IMG/VR virus record: IMGVR_UViG_3300046373_000049
Location: 2,460-66,459 of that record
Origin: a virus
Direction: 5' to 3' (one strand)
Length of the DNA stretch: 64,000 nt
The notes beneath the pieces are model-generated. The model made no database searches. It was not told where the DNA came from and saw only the letters and a program-made list of their open reading frames with translations. Below are positions 57,033-64,000 of the stretch, piece after piece. The translations under genes and the position numbers were made by a program. Every line of letters begins with the position of its first letter. Within the stretch, counting starts at the first letter, position 1.

Positions 57033-57355
57033 GCAACATTCAAACTTTATATATCAACAACGACAACGTGCTGGAAGTGTCGGCGCTGAAGGACGACGTG
57101 ACCGGCGAATTCTTGAACGATGCCACGGTAATGGTCACGCTGACGGATGCGACCACTGGCGAAGAAGTGGATGGTGCGACGTGGCCTGTGGCGATGGATT
57201 ACCTGGATGAATCGAATGGGGTTTTTCGTTGCTCGCTGACGCATGAGCTTGACCTACTGGCGGGACGGCAATACAACGCCGTTGTTGTTGCGGATGGTGG
57301 GGTGGGGCTGTACGCGAGCTTCACGGTGCTTTGTGTCGCCCGCGCACGGGTTTAA
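57029..57355 (+). CDS. small Ig-like structural or anchor protein
   Basis: DN.LEV..L.D..TGEF...ATV.VTL.D..G..WP..M.Y. Confidence 0.65.
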   Translation: MSNIQTLYINNDNVLEVSALKDDVTGEFLNDATVMVTLTDATTGEEVDGATWPVAMDYLDESNGVFRCSLTHELDLLAGRQYNAVVVADGGVGLYASFTVLCVARARV

Positions 57356-57564
57356 GGGAATCTGCGGAAGTCGGGATGCTGGTTCGTCTTTATGAGGAAC
57401 AGCTCCCAGTCGGCTGGCGGCATACTCGTGAGGCCAGTCTCCCACTCGCTCCAGCGCTGTAGGCTGTTGCGGTAAAGCAGATCGGCTGCCTCTTCCTGAG
57501 TCAGCCCGGCGACCTTCCTGGCCGCCTTGATCTGGTCTGTTGTCGGACTAAGTTCATGTCTCAA
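57352..57564 (-). CDS. XRE-family HTH protein
   Basis: AAGGAGG RBS, TTG start; IKAARKVAGLTQEEAA..WSEWETG..MP..WELF. Confidence 0.8.
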   Translation of the reverse strand: MRHELSPTTDQIKAARKVAGLTQEEAADLLYRNSLQRWSEWETGLTSMPPADWELFLIKTNQHPDFRRFP

Positions 57565-57575
57565 AACATCCCTCC

Positions 57576-57959
57576 TTAAACGTAAAGACGCGGTTTGAAA
57601 ATGCCGCCGACCTCGACAGCCAGAACGTCGAACCATTCGAGCGCCTTGTGTACCGCGTGCAGGGCGCTGTCGGCAGTGGTGACGAACTTGTGGGCCACGA
57701 AGCCGTGCTGGATCGAGTAGACCCCAGGCGCCACTTCCTTGACCGTCAGCCAGCCGTAGATCGTCGGCATCTTCGTTTCCTTGCTGGCCTTGTGCTGCTG
57801 GCGCGGCCATGCCTTGTGCGACGTGTAATCGTGGAAGGCCAGCGCCCATATCGAGTAGCCGGTCAGGATCAGCAGCGGATGGGCGACCAGATCATGCAGG
57901 ATGGCCCAGCCGCGTTTCTCTTCGGCGTTTGCACACGCCTCGCGTGGATCAGTTTTCAT
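57576..57959 (-). CDS. hypothetical protein
   Basis: WAILHDLVAHPL..FHDYTS..AWP. Confidence 0.65.
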   Translation of the reverse strand: MKTDPREACANAEEKRGWAILHDLVAHPLLILTGYSIWALAFHDYTSHKAWPRQQHKASKETKMPTIYGWLTVKEVAPGVYSIQHGFVAHKFVTTADSALHAVHKALEWFDVLAVEVGGIFKPRLYV

Positions 57960-58261
57960 TACTGCCACACTGGATGGGATTCTTGATTGACGCTCAGGCC
58001 GACGATGACGCCTGCATCGTCCAGGCTGATCGTCACGCCGTTATCTTGCAAGCCGTCCAGGAAGCCTTCCACGAACAGGTGATGCTCTTGCGTGTGGGCG
58101 GCGTAACCGGCTGCGATGGCGGCGGCCTTGATGTCCGTGAAAATCTGGCCCAGGCGCACCGTCGTGACGGCGTGCAGCCCGCGCTGGTAGGCGACCCCAC
58201 TGGCCTGCTGTTCCAGGATGGTGGCAGTCATTTGCTGAAGCTCTTGCGTTTGGTTTTTCAT
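57959..58261 (-). CDS. hypothetical protein
   Basis: AAGGAG RBS. Confidence 0.65.
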   Translation of the reverse strand: MKNQTQELQQMTATILEQQASGVAYQRGLHAVTTVRLGQIFTDIKAAAIAAGYAAHTQEHHLFVEGFLDGLQDNGVTISLDDAGVIVGLSVNQESHPVWQ

Positions 58262-58334
58262 GATGGTGCTCCTTCAGTGGGGTTATCGGGAAAGGCTCCC
58301 GTGTATGCGCCCGAAGACGCATACGCTGGCCCTT

Positions 58335-58946
58335 TCAGTCGGCATGGCGGGATGCCCACGCTGGCGTGTTGTAGTACTTGTCGTTCGCATCTGGACGAAG
58401 GCCCATGATGACGCCCGTGAAGCGACCATCATCGAAATTGACCACGGCGCGGTCTTTGTCATGGCCAATATAGAGCTGGTTGAATTTGCGCTGTCCGGTC
58501 AACATGATGTTGGCCTTTTTGAACGCCTCCAGATATGCCACTTCAAGCTGCGCAGGCGTATTGCTTACCGGCTTATTCGGCATCACCTTGGCGTAGTCGG
58601 GGAACGTCGCGTCTATCATGTTGAAGGTCTTCGTCACCCTCGTATAGGCGTCATGCATCGACCATAAATTTCCTGGGCCGTCGTGCGACAGGATTATGGT
58701 ATGGGAGCCATTCTTTGTCGGCTTGAAAAATTCAATCACGTCACGCGGGATGATGTACTGGCCCGGCATGAATTGACCAGTGCCTGAAAGTCGAAGCACG
58801 CCCATGATGTGCCCGTTCGTTGCGACGAGCCGACTTTCCGTCTTGCCGATTTCCAGGAGCACGCCGTTCAAGTAGTAGCGGATGTCCTGCTTCGCCGCGA
58901 GTAACAGCATGGCGGCGAGGTCGCGCTTTTTGATTTCGTGGCTCAT
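58335..58946 (-). CDS. truncated DNA polymerase III beta-clamp (DnaN)-like protein
   Basis: AAKQDIRYYLNGVLLE, LVATNGHIM, IIPR, FPDY.KV, GVIMGLR; only 203 aa. Confidence 0.8.
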   Translation of the reverse strand: MSHEIKKRDLAAMLLLAAKQDIRYYLNGVLLEIGKTESRLVATNGHIMGVLRLSGTGQFMPGQYIIPRDVIEFFKPTKNGSHTIILSHDGPGNLWSMHDAYTRVTKTFNMIDATFPDYAKVMPNKPVSNTPAQLEVAYLEAFKKANIMLTGQRKFNQLYIGHDKDRAVVNFDDGRFTGVIMGLRPDANDKYYNTPAWASRHAD

Positions 58947-59236
58947 GATGTTTTGCCCCCAGCTTGCTTGATGGCGCCGATGGCTTGGCTTGGAGCTTCG
59001 TTCATTTCGCGGATGGTTTCGGCCTGGAGTGCGCTGTCACGCAGGTTCACGTCCTTCATCATCATGCGATGCAGTTTGAGCATGCGCTCCAGCGCGGCCA
59101 GCAGGCCCGGCGCGGCTTCGTGTACGGCGCGCAGCTTGAGCTGCTGTTCGTACCAGTCGTCCGTGATGACGATGTGCTTCGGTGGCGGCACAAAGTCGAT
59201 GGTGACGATGGGGGATGGTTTTCTGTGGTCACTCAT
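58943..59236 (-). CDS. hypothetical phage protein
   Basis: AAPGLLAAL..AIKQA.G motif. Confidence 0.65.
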   Translation of the reverse strand: MSDHRKPSPIVTIDFVPPPKHIVITDDWYEQQLKLRAVHEAAPGLLAALERMLKLHRMMMKDVNLRDSALQAETIREMNEAPSQAIGAIKQAGGKTS

Positions 59237-59531
59237 GATGCGCTCCCTGTTTTGTGAAGCGTGGCACGAAGAAGTCTTTCAGCTTTCCCGTGTCGCGGTC
59301 GATGTGCCGGATGATCCCGCCAACATCGTGTGAAAGATTGAAGTTATCCGCTTCCAGCAGCTCTTTCAAGCGCAGCGGATTGCCGTGATTATGGACGGCA
59401 GTGATGTCCATTTCGACATCCAGTTGATCCAGCTCGACGCCATTAGCTCCATACAGATCAACTGCGCGTTTGGCGATTTCCATAATCAGCTTGCGGTCTT
59501 CCTTGCTGACCTTCCAGTTTAAGACTGCCAT
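59229..59531 (-). CDS. conserved phage protein
   Basis: MDITAVH..PLRL..LL.AD.FN..HDV.GI.RH.DR.TG.L..F.PRF; AAGGAG RBS. Confidence 0.75.
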   Translation of the reverse strand: MAVLNWKVSKEDRKLIMEIAKRAVDLYGANGVELDQLDVEMDITAVHNHGNPLRLKELLEADNFNLSHDVGGIIRHIDRDTGKLKDFFVPRFTKQGAHHE

Positions 59532-59599
59532 GATATTTCTCCTTCGTTGCGGGTCAAAGCGCCCGTAACAGCCCACGGGTATGGGCTGTGGCTGGAGCT

Positions 59600-60376
59600 T
59601 TAGTTGCCAAAGATAGCGCGCAAAACGTCTTGCAGTTCATCCTCATGCGTGCGTGGCTTGCCGTGCCGTGGATCGGCAATACGGGCAGCCGCTTCTGCCT
59701 TGAGGATTTCCGCTGGCGACAGTTGGCCGCGCTTCAGCGTGAATTTGAACGTCTTCAGATCAACGTCGATCTTCAGCGTGTCTCCAGGCTTCGGGAAATC
59801 CCGGCGCGCATCTTTGATAACGGCATCGACAAGCTTGCCGAAGAGCGTGTCCAGGCCAATATGCCCGAGCTTTTTGTATCGACGTGCTGCCACGCGGTAG
59901 CCGATGCGAATCCAGCCACGCACGTCTTCCTTCACGCTGCGAAACTTTTCAACGTTAGTTACCAACGTTCTTTGTTCGCCGGTTTTGTGCATCGGCGCAG
60001 TGTTGGCTGCATTTATTTCAGTGTCGCTCAATAAGGCGCTCAACATTCTTTCGGCACCAGCATCAAGCGGTTTATTTGCCAGCCCATGTGGGGGCTTCGG
60101 CACCTTGTAATTTTGCATCGCAAGGAACACGTCCAAGTCGCTGGCGCTGGCTTCGTACATGTTTTCCGGGTTCCCGTAAAAGCGCCCGTATAAGGTCACG
60201 CCGAAGGCGCGCAGCTCACCATCGAATGCTGACCTGTCGTCCAGGTGCTCCAGCACGTCATGTGCGACGACGTGGGCCAAGCCTGGATCGAAGTTAGGAC
60301 AGCAGTTAGGCTTCCAGCCGTCGATGGCTTTCGTCACCGTCCAGTCGAAGGTGCGCGAGCGGATGTGTGATGTCAT
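59600..60376 (-). CDS. hypothetical protein with an AHDVLEH metal-binding-like motif
   Basis: AAGGAG RBS before the ATG at 60376. Confidence 0.7.
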   Translation of the reverse strand: MTSHIRSRTFDWTVTKAIDGWKPNCCPNFDPGLAHVVAHDVLEHLDDRSAFDGELRAFGVTLYGRFYGNPENMYEASASDLDVFLAMQNYKVPKPPHGLANKPLDAGAERMLSALLSDTEINAANTAPMHKTGEQRTLVTNVEKFRSVKEDVRGWIRIGYRVAARRYKKLGHIGLDTLFGKLVDAVIKDARRDFPKPGDTLKIDVDLKTFKFTLKRGQLSPAEILKAEAAARIADPRHGKPRTHEDELQDVLRAIFGN

Positions 60377-60446
60377 GATTACTCTCCTTATGTTGACCGG
60401 GACAATCCCCGAAGATGCCCCGCACGCGAGGCATCTGCTGGCGCTG

Positions 60447-60641
60447 TCAGGTGCGTATCTGGAACTGCGCAGGGCAGTATTCATTCCAGATGCGGCCACT
60501 GGGATCGAGGCGCTTGCGCGCTTCGGCCAGAGCTTCTTGCTCACGCTTGCCGCGACGGTATTCACCGTCATCATCAGCGTGGGCGAAATACCAGTCGAAA
60601 CCCTTGAGCCGGTTTCGGTACTGGTCGAGGTCTTCGATCAT
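60447..60641 (-). CDS. small phage protein
   Basis: L.GFDWYF.HADD..Y..G. Confidence 0.7.
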   Translation of the reverse strand: MIEDLDQYRNRLKGFDWYFAHADDDGEYRRGKREQEALAEARKRLDPSGRIWNEYCPAQFQIRT

Positions 60642-60910
60642 GCGGGTACTCCTTCAGTTTCACGGAAGCGTTTGCGGGATACCGACAGCGCAATCGGCAC
60701 GCTGTCGGCTGGGTTTGCAACGATGTCCTCCGGGTCTTCCCACTGGACGGGCACCGTGGCAATGTAGTGCGACGGCGGGTCGATGTCTGCCATCGCCTGT
60801 TCGCGTGAGTCGTACAGATCGCCAGCGTGGCGGTCTAAGGTATTGGGTTTGCCTTCGCGGTGAAACCATCCACTGCGATAAATGTTCATGTAGCAAATTT
60901 TGGTAGCCAT
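60638..60910 (-). CDS. hypothetical protein
   Basis: AAGGAG RBS; YMNIY..Y.SRE.A. Confidence 0.65.
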   Translation of the reverse strand: MATKICYMNIYRSGWFHREGKPNTLDRHAGDLYDSREQAMADIDPPSHYIATVPVQWEDPEDIVANPADSVPIALSVSRKRFRETEGVPA

Positions 60911-60994
60911 TGGAATTCTCCTTGGTGGGGTCATGGGAGGGTATCGGGACAATCCCCGTGATAGCGCCCACTCAAGGCGCTATCGCTGGTGCTG

Positions 60995-61456
60995 TCAGGA
61001 AAGCGGGAAGATCAGTGCGTCGATGCTGTACTGGCCTGTGCCAGCCAGGACGATGACGGCCAGCAGGAACAGGTACAGCACTTCGGGCAGGTAGAGCCAA
61101 TCAGCTACCCAGTCGCCGCGATTGATCGGATGGTAGGCCGCCACCTTAGCCTTCGATTCGCAGCAGCAGGCGACGACGCAGATAATCATCAGCACACCAG
61201 CATTGAAGGCCGACAAGAAGCCCAGCGCCAGCAGCAAGCCGGATGCGAATTCCCATCCAGGCACCCACCACTGCATGAAGCCCAGCGCCGGGATGTGATT
61301 CTTGCGCAGGTTCGCCGTCAGCGAGTTATGGCGCCCGACGTTGAACAGTTTATTGAAGCCCGATATGGCGAAGAACGTGCCGACACAGAGGCGGGTCAGC
61401 GCCAGTGCAGCATCGGGGGCAAGCAGGCCGTGGGCCGCGACATTGAGGATATCCAT
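60995..61456 (-). CDS. DoxX-family membrane protein
   Basis: RLCVG.FF..SG.NKL, EF..GLLL.LG, G.G.YSID. Confidence 0.85.
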   Translation of the reverse strand: MDILNVAAHGLLAPDAALALTRLCVGTFFAISGFNKLFNVGRHNSLTANLRKNHIPALGFMQWWVPGWEFASGLLLALGFLSAFNAGVLMIICVVACCCESKAKVAAYHPINRGDWVADWLYLPEVLYLFLLAVIVLAGTGQYSIDALIFPLS

Positions 61457-61457
61457 G

Positions 61458-61586
61458 TCAGCCGTCCGAATCGTTGAAGACCATGACGAGGGCCACGAAG
61501 ATGACGTAAGCGGCGGCGACTTTCATCAGGAAGCTGTCCGTTTTTTTACGGGCTGCCTGACATACTTGCGGGATGAATTGCTTCAT
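61458..61586 (-). CDS. 42-aa single-TM peptide
   Basis: GGAG RBS; MKQFIPQ..AAAYVIFVALVMVF. Confidence 0.55.
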   Translation of the reverse strand: MKQFIPQVCQAARKKTDSFLMKVAAAYVIFVALVMVFNDSDG

Positions 61587-61662
61587 GGTTTTCTCCGGTA
61601 AAGGGCAAAGCGCCCGACACTGCGCAGCACCGTGGGGGAGGCGCTGCGCAGTAGCTGGAGCT

Positions 61663-61815
61663 TTAGAAAGCAAGCAGCCAAAGCATATTGGTCAGGAAGG
61701 CGACATGGCCGATATGCTCAGGGAAGAAATGCGTCAATGTAAGGCCAGTTGCCACGATGGCCTTCAGGATCAGCACACGCTTAAAGTGTACTGAGCGGAG
61801 GTATGCTTGCAGCAT
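61663..61815 (-). CDS. 50-aa membrane peptide
   Basis: MLQAYLRSVHFKRVLILKAIVATGLTLTHFFPEHIGHVAFLTNMLWLLAF; TGATG overlap with the upstream gene. Confidence 0.6.
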   Translation of the reverse strand: MLQAYLRSVHFKRVLILKAIVATGLTLTHFFPEHIGHVAFLTNMLWLLAF

Positions 61816-62033
61816 CACGCCTCCGGGGCACCGAGGTGCATGAAGAAGTCCAGCATGATGACAACCAGCGCGGCGCCAGCGGCGTAGCGGTAGTAACCAT
61901 GGGCTTCGACCGAAACCATCCCCAGGTACAGGGAGTGGAACAAGTGCTCGCCTTTATGGCAAACGACGTGCGCAACAGCGTGCGCTTTGTGGCGCAGCCG
62001 GGCCACAGTTGCATGGAAAGATGGATGGGGCAT
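61815..62033 (-). CDS. His-rich small membrane protein
   Basis: GAGG RBS; 10 His in 72 aa; hydrophobic C-terminus. Confidence 0.65.
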   Translation of the reverse strand: MPHPSFHATVARLRHKAHAVAHVVCHKGEHLFHSLYLGMVSVEAHGYYRYAAGAALVVIMLDFFMHLGAPEA

Positions 62034-62039
62034 AACTAC

Positions 62040-62248
62040 CTCTTGAAAGTGGGGATTGGAAGGGGGCGGATGCCCAAGGCTGATGCGTCATTCTGTGATG
62101 GCTGATGCTGGCCATTACCGGGATGTGTCGCTATACAAGGCTTCCATCGGCTCCTTTTGGGATGTGCAGTGGCTGGCGTTAATCTGTCCAGTCTTACCCG
62201 GTCGGCATCATGTCCGCCGTTCGATGTTAAGCCGTGTATAGCGACGCG
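62040..62248 (-). ncRNA. candidate structured ncRNA
   Basis: approximately 25-bp closing stem (62125-62150 with 62221-62247) around small hairpins; ORF-free. Confidence 0.55.
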
Positions 62249-62293
62249 AAAAGCGCCCGTAACAGCGTCCAGGCGGGCGCTGTGGCTGGAGCT

Positions 62294-62476
62294 TTATGTG
62301 ATGTTGCCGACACTGACCAGTGGGATGCGGATCGAGTTAAAGATCAGCCGGGCCACATCACTGTCAAGACCGGCGTATTGCACCACGTCATTCAAGACGA
62401 TGACGTGCTGTTGCCCTTCGCTCAGTTCGCCGCTGGGCAATGCTTCGTATGGAAGCAGTTCGTTGTGGCTGTTCAT
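62294..62476 (-). CDS. hypothetical protein
   Basis: its stop is at the base of hairpin copy 6. Confidence 0.55.
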   Translation of the reverse strand: MNSHNELLPYEALPSGELSEGQQHVIVLNDVVQYAGLDSDVARLIFNSIRIPLVSVGNIT

Positions 62477-62477
62477 G

Positions 62478-62681
62478 TCAGCCGCCTGCTGCGAGTTTCA
62501 GGCTCAGGGCGAAGGCTTCGGCGGCTTCGTGCGTCTTGAAGCCTTCGATGACTTGGCCGTTAGGCTTGGTGATGCCGTGCTTCATCACGTCGCCCTGCTG
62601 GTAGGCATACACCATGTAGGGGAAGATCACGCCACGGTTCAATTCTTCTTTCGTGGTGTGGCTGTTGATGGTCGTTTCCAT
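62478..62681 (-). CDS. hypothetical protein
   Basis: AGGAG RBS. Confidence 0.6.
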   Translation of the reverse strand: METTINSHTTKEELNRGVIFPYMVYAYQQGDVMKHGITKPNGQVIEGFKTHEAAEAFALSLKLAAGG

Positions 62682-62691
62682 GATAAGGCTC

Positions 62692-62832
62692 CTATTTTTT
62701 GAAACAGTGATTGCGGCGATGTGCTCGCCAGAAGGTGTAGACCGCTCCCTTGGCCGCCACGGGCAGCATCCCCCATACAGCGAAGATGATGTGGTGCTCG
62801 ACTTCGGCGATCTTGATTCTGATCGCTTTCAT
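62692..62832 (-). CDS. 46-aa protein
   Basis: GGAG RBS; MKAIRIKIAEVEHHIIFAVWGMLPVAAKGAVYTFWRAHRRNHCFKK. Confidence 0.5.
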   Translation of the reverse strand: MKAIRIKIAEVEHHIIFAVWGMLPVAAKGAVYTFWRAHRRNHCFKK

Positions 62833-62891
62833 GATTCTCTCCATTCGGGATAAGACCCGTGGATGCCTCGCACGCGGGGCATCGGCTGGTG

Positions 62892-63167
62892 CTATCGGAG
62901 GTATGCGGGAAGGCTGGAAGCGCCTTCGGTATCGACGATGTTCTCTGCGACCAGCTCACCGCGCAGCTCGAATTCGCCGCGCTTCACGCGGTCAGCGATG
63001 TAGGCCGACGACAGCACGCCATCAGGGAAGATTTCGCGCAGATGGCTGATATTGCCTTCGGTGGCGATGCCCTGATACTTGTACAGGTCGCCTTCATACA
63101 TCGGGATGATCGAGTAGTAGTGCCCGATGGGGTTCCAGTGGTTTGGTGGGGGAGTCCAGGATGACAT
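62892..63167 (-). CDS. first gene of the early leftward operon, hypothetical
   Basis: AAGGAG RBS before the ATG at 63167. Confidence 0.6.
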   Translation of the reverse strand: MSSWTPPPNHWNPIGHYYSIIPMYEGDLYKYQGIATEGNISHLREIFPDGVLSSAYIADRVKRGEFELRGELVAENIVDTEGASSLPAYLR

Positions 63168-63420
63168 GATATTTCTCCTTGTAGGGCACAGCGCCCGGCG
63201 CTGCCCCCTGTCACGAGGCAGCAACTGAAGCTGTATGTATGTGGTGTTTCGGTAGTTCGCGTGTTTCACATCGGTGCTTGACCCAGGGATCAACCTGGAA
63301 CCGCAGGCCAGCGTCGTGTGGCCCGTTCGTGCTTTCTTTGTCGTATCTAGCGAGGCGGTGATGTAGGGCCGGGGCCATTTCTTTCTGCTGGAAGCAACTC
63401 GTTCGCTAGAACTTATTGCC

Positions 63421-63449
63421 AGCATAGGTTACGGAATACGGAAGCGCAA
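63421..63449 (-). promoter_or_regulatory. sigma70 promoter for the early leftward operon
   Basis: TTGCGC-17 nt-TATGCT. Confidence 0.7.
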
Positions 63450-63457
63450 GGACTAAT

Positions 63458-63487
63458 TTCACGGATACCGTAACAAAGTCGTATATA
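63458..63487 (+). promoter_or_regulatory. possible divergent rightward promoter
   Basis: TTCACG-18 nt-TATATA; GTTACGG/CCGTAAC inverted repeat spans both promoters. Confidence 0.35.
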
Positions 63488-63489
63488 CA

Positions 63490-64000
63490 ACCTGTTGTGT
63501 TGCAGCCACGCAGCAGAAGAGCTGGAAATATTCCTGTGGCGTCCATGTAGAATGGAATCCATCGAACAAGAGCCAGCCGGAACTGGCGCCGAGGCAGCCA
63601 CCAGATAGGTGGGCCAAACTTGATCGATCATGTCCAGACGCGGTTTGGCTCCGTGTAGTGTGCTAAAAAAGCTGCCTAATGCTAGGGACTGAGCCGGGTA
63701 GAACCGGCAAGAATTGCAGCAGGAAAGAACGACGAAGGCCCATTATGCGTGACGCACGAGGTATTGCTTATGTAGACCTGTAGCTATGAACGAAAATGCC
63801 GGGTTCGTGCCGAGGACGGAAGGCACATGCCGTGAATTACGCCGGATGGAAAGAATCCGGCACCAACATGCAGCACGTACCGGAAGGCGGACACAATCGA
63901 GTAAGCAAGGGCCGGGAGTCCCTTCCGAAAATCTGGAAACGAGCCTTTATGGCAGGGAGGAATTAGACTCCCCGCTTGTTGCCTCTCACGAGGCGGCAAG
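63490..64000 (+). ncRNA. candidate large multi-domain structured ncRNA (over 500 nt)
   Basis: about a dozen hairpins in two closed domains; purine-rich loops; no credible ORF. Confidence 0.65.

Larger units (their letters stand above)
58287..63235 (-). repeat. eight dispersed copies of a conserved intergenic RNA hairpin
   Basis: copies at 58287-58337, 59550-59602, 60398-60449, 60945-60997, 61603-61665, 62249-62296, 62846-62896, 63184-63235; conserved (C/T)CAG and CGGG flanking a variable, covarying stem. Confidence 0.85.

Noticed and set aside
62125-62248. Cobalamin riboswitch (GCCACTG, GGAAG) or twister ribozyme
   Set aside because: Only isolated words match. The B12-box core and the twister P4 loop and pseudoknots could not be built by eye.
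58287-63235. The repeated elements as a CRISPR-like or guide-RNA array
   Set aside because: The copies are separated by whole genes at irregular spacing and conserve structure rather than sequence. No cas-like gene is visible.
63270-63335. tRNA-like element on the minus strand (CCAGG-TTGATC-CCTGG resembles a T arm)
   Set aside because: The loop is 6 nt and lacks TTCG, and no acceptor stem or D arm could be formed.
63413-63999. Short minus-strand ORFs 63413-63631 and 63784-63999
   Set aside because: They lack an RBS and coding bias and lie upstream of the leftward promoter. The region is better explained as structured RNA.

Overview
About 64 kb of a GC-rich tailed dsDNA phage genome, probably most of a podovirus-like genome with an N4-gp56-type major capsid protein. 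A betaproteobacterial host is a guess from codon style. Layout: small + strand genes and the packaging region (terS, a 4.7 kb spacer of about 12 genes, terL); head genes (portal, scaffold, major capsid); a methyltransferase-GT9 glycosyltransferase fusion; tail and ejection genes, including a duplicated pair with Ser-rich tails and a 2094-aa polyvalent protein; a lysis cassette (holin, GH19 endolysin, Rz/Rz1); a leftward recombination operon (RecT, YqaJ, NinB, HNH); a rightward replication operon (Cro-like, Ref-like, ParB-like, SF2 helicase, TOPRIM primase); a second detached virion-fibre module (54.0-57.4 kb); and a leftward early operon. I saw no integrase, CI repressor, DNA polymerase, tRNA or CRISPR array. 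The most unusual signals are: (1) small genes overprinted in the +1 frame inside linkers of the polyvalent protein, next to its enzymatic domains; (2) eight covarying copies of one RNA hairpin that punctuate the early operon; (3) three ORF-free, densely base-paired regions that look like ncRNAs (50.08-50.44 kb, 62.04-62.25 kb, and over 500 nt at 63.49-64.0 kb); (4) two paralogous subunit-plus-periodic-repeat fibre modules; (5) a GT9 enzyme in the virion module alongside Ser/Thr-rich virion proteins. All family calls come from motif recognition by eye, not from database searches.
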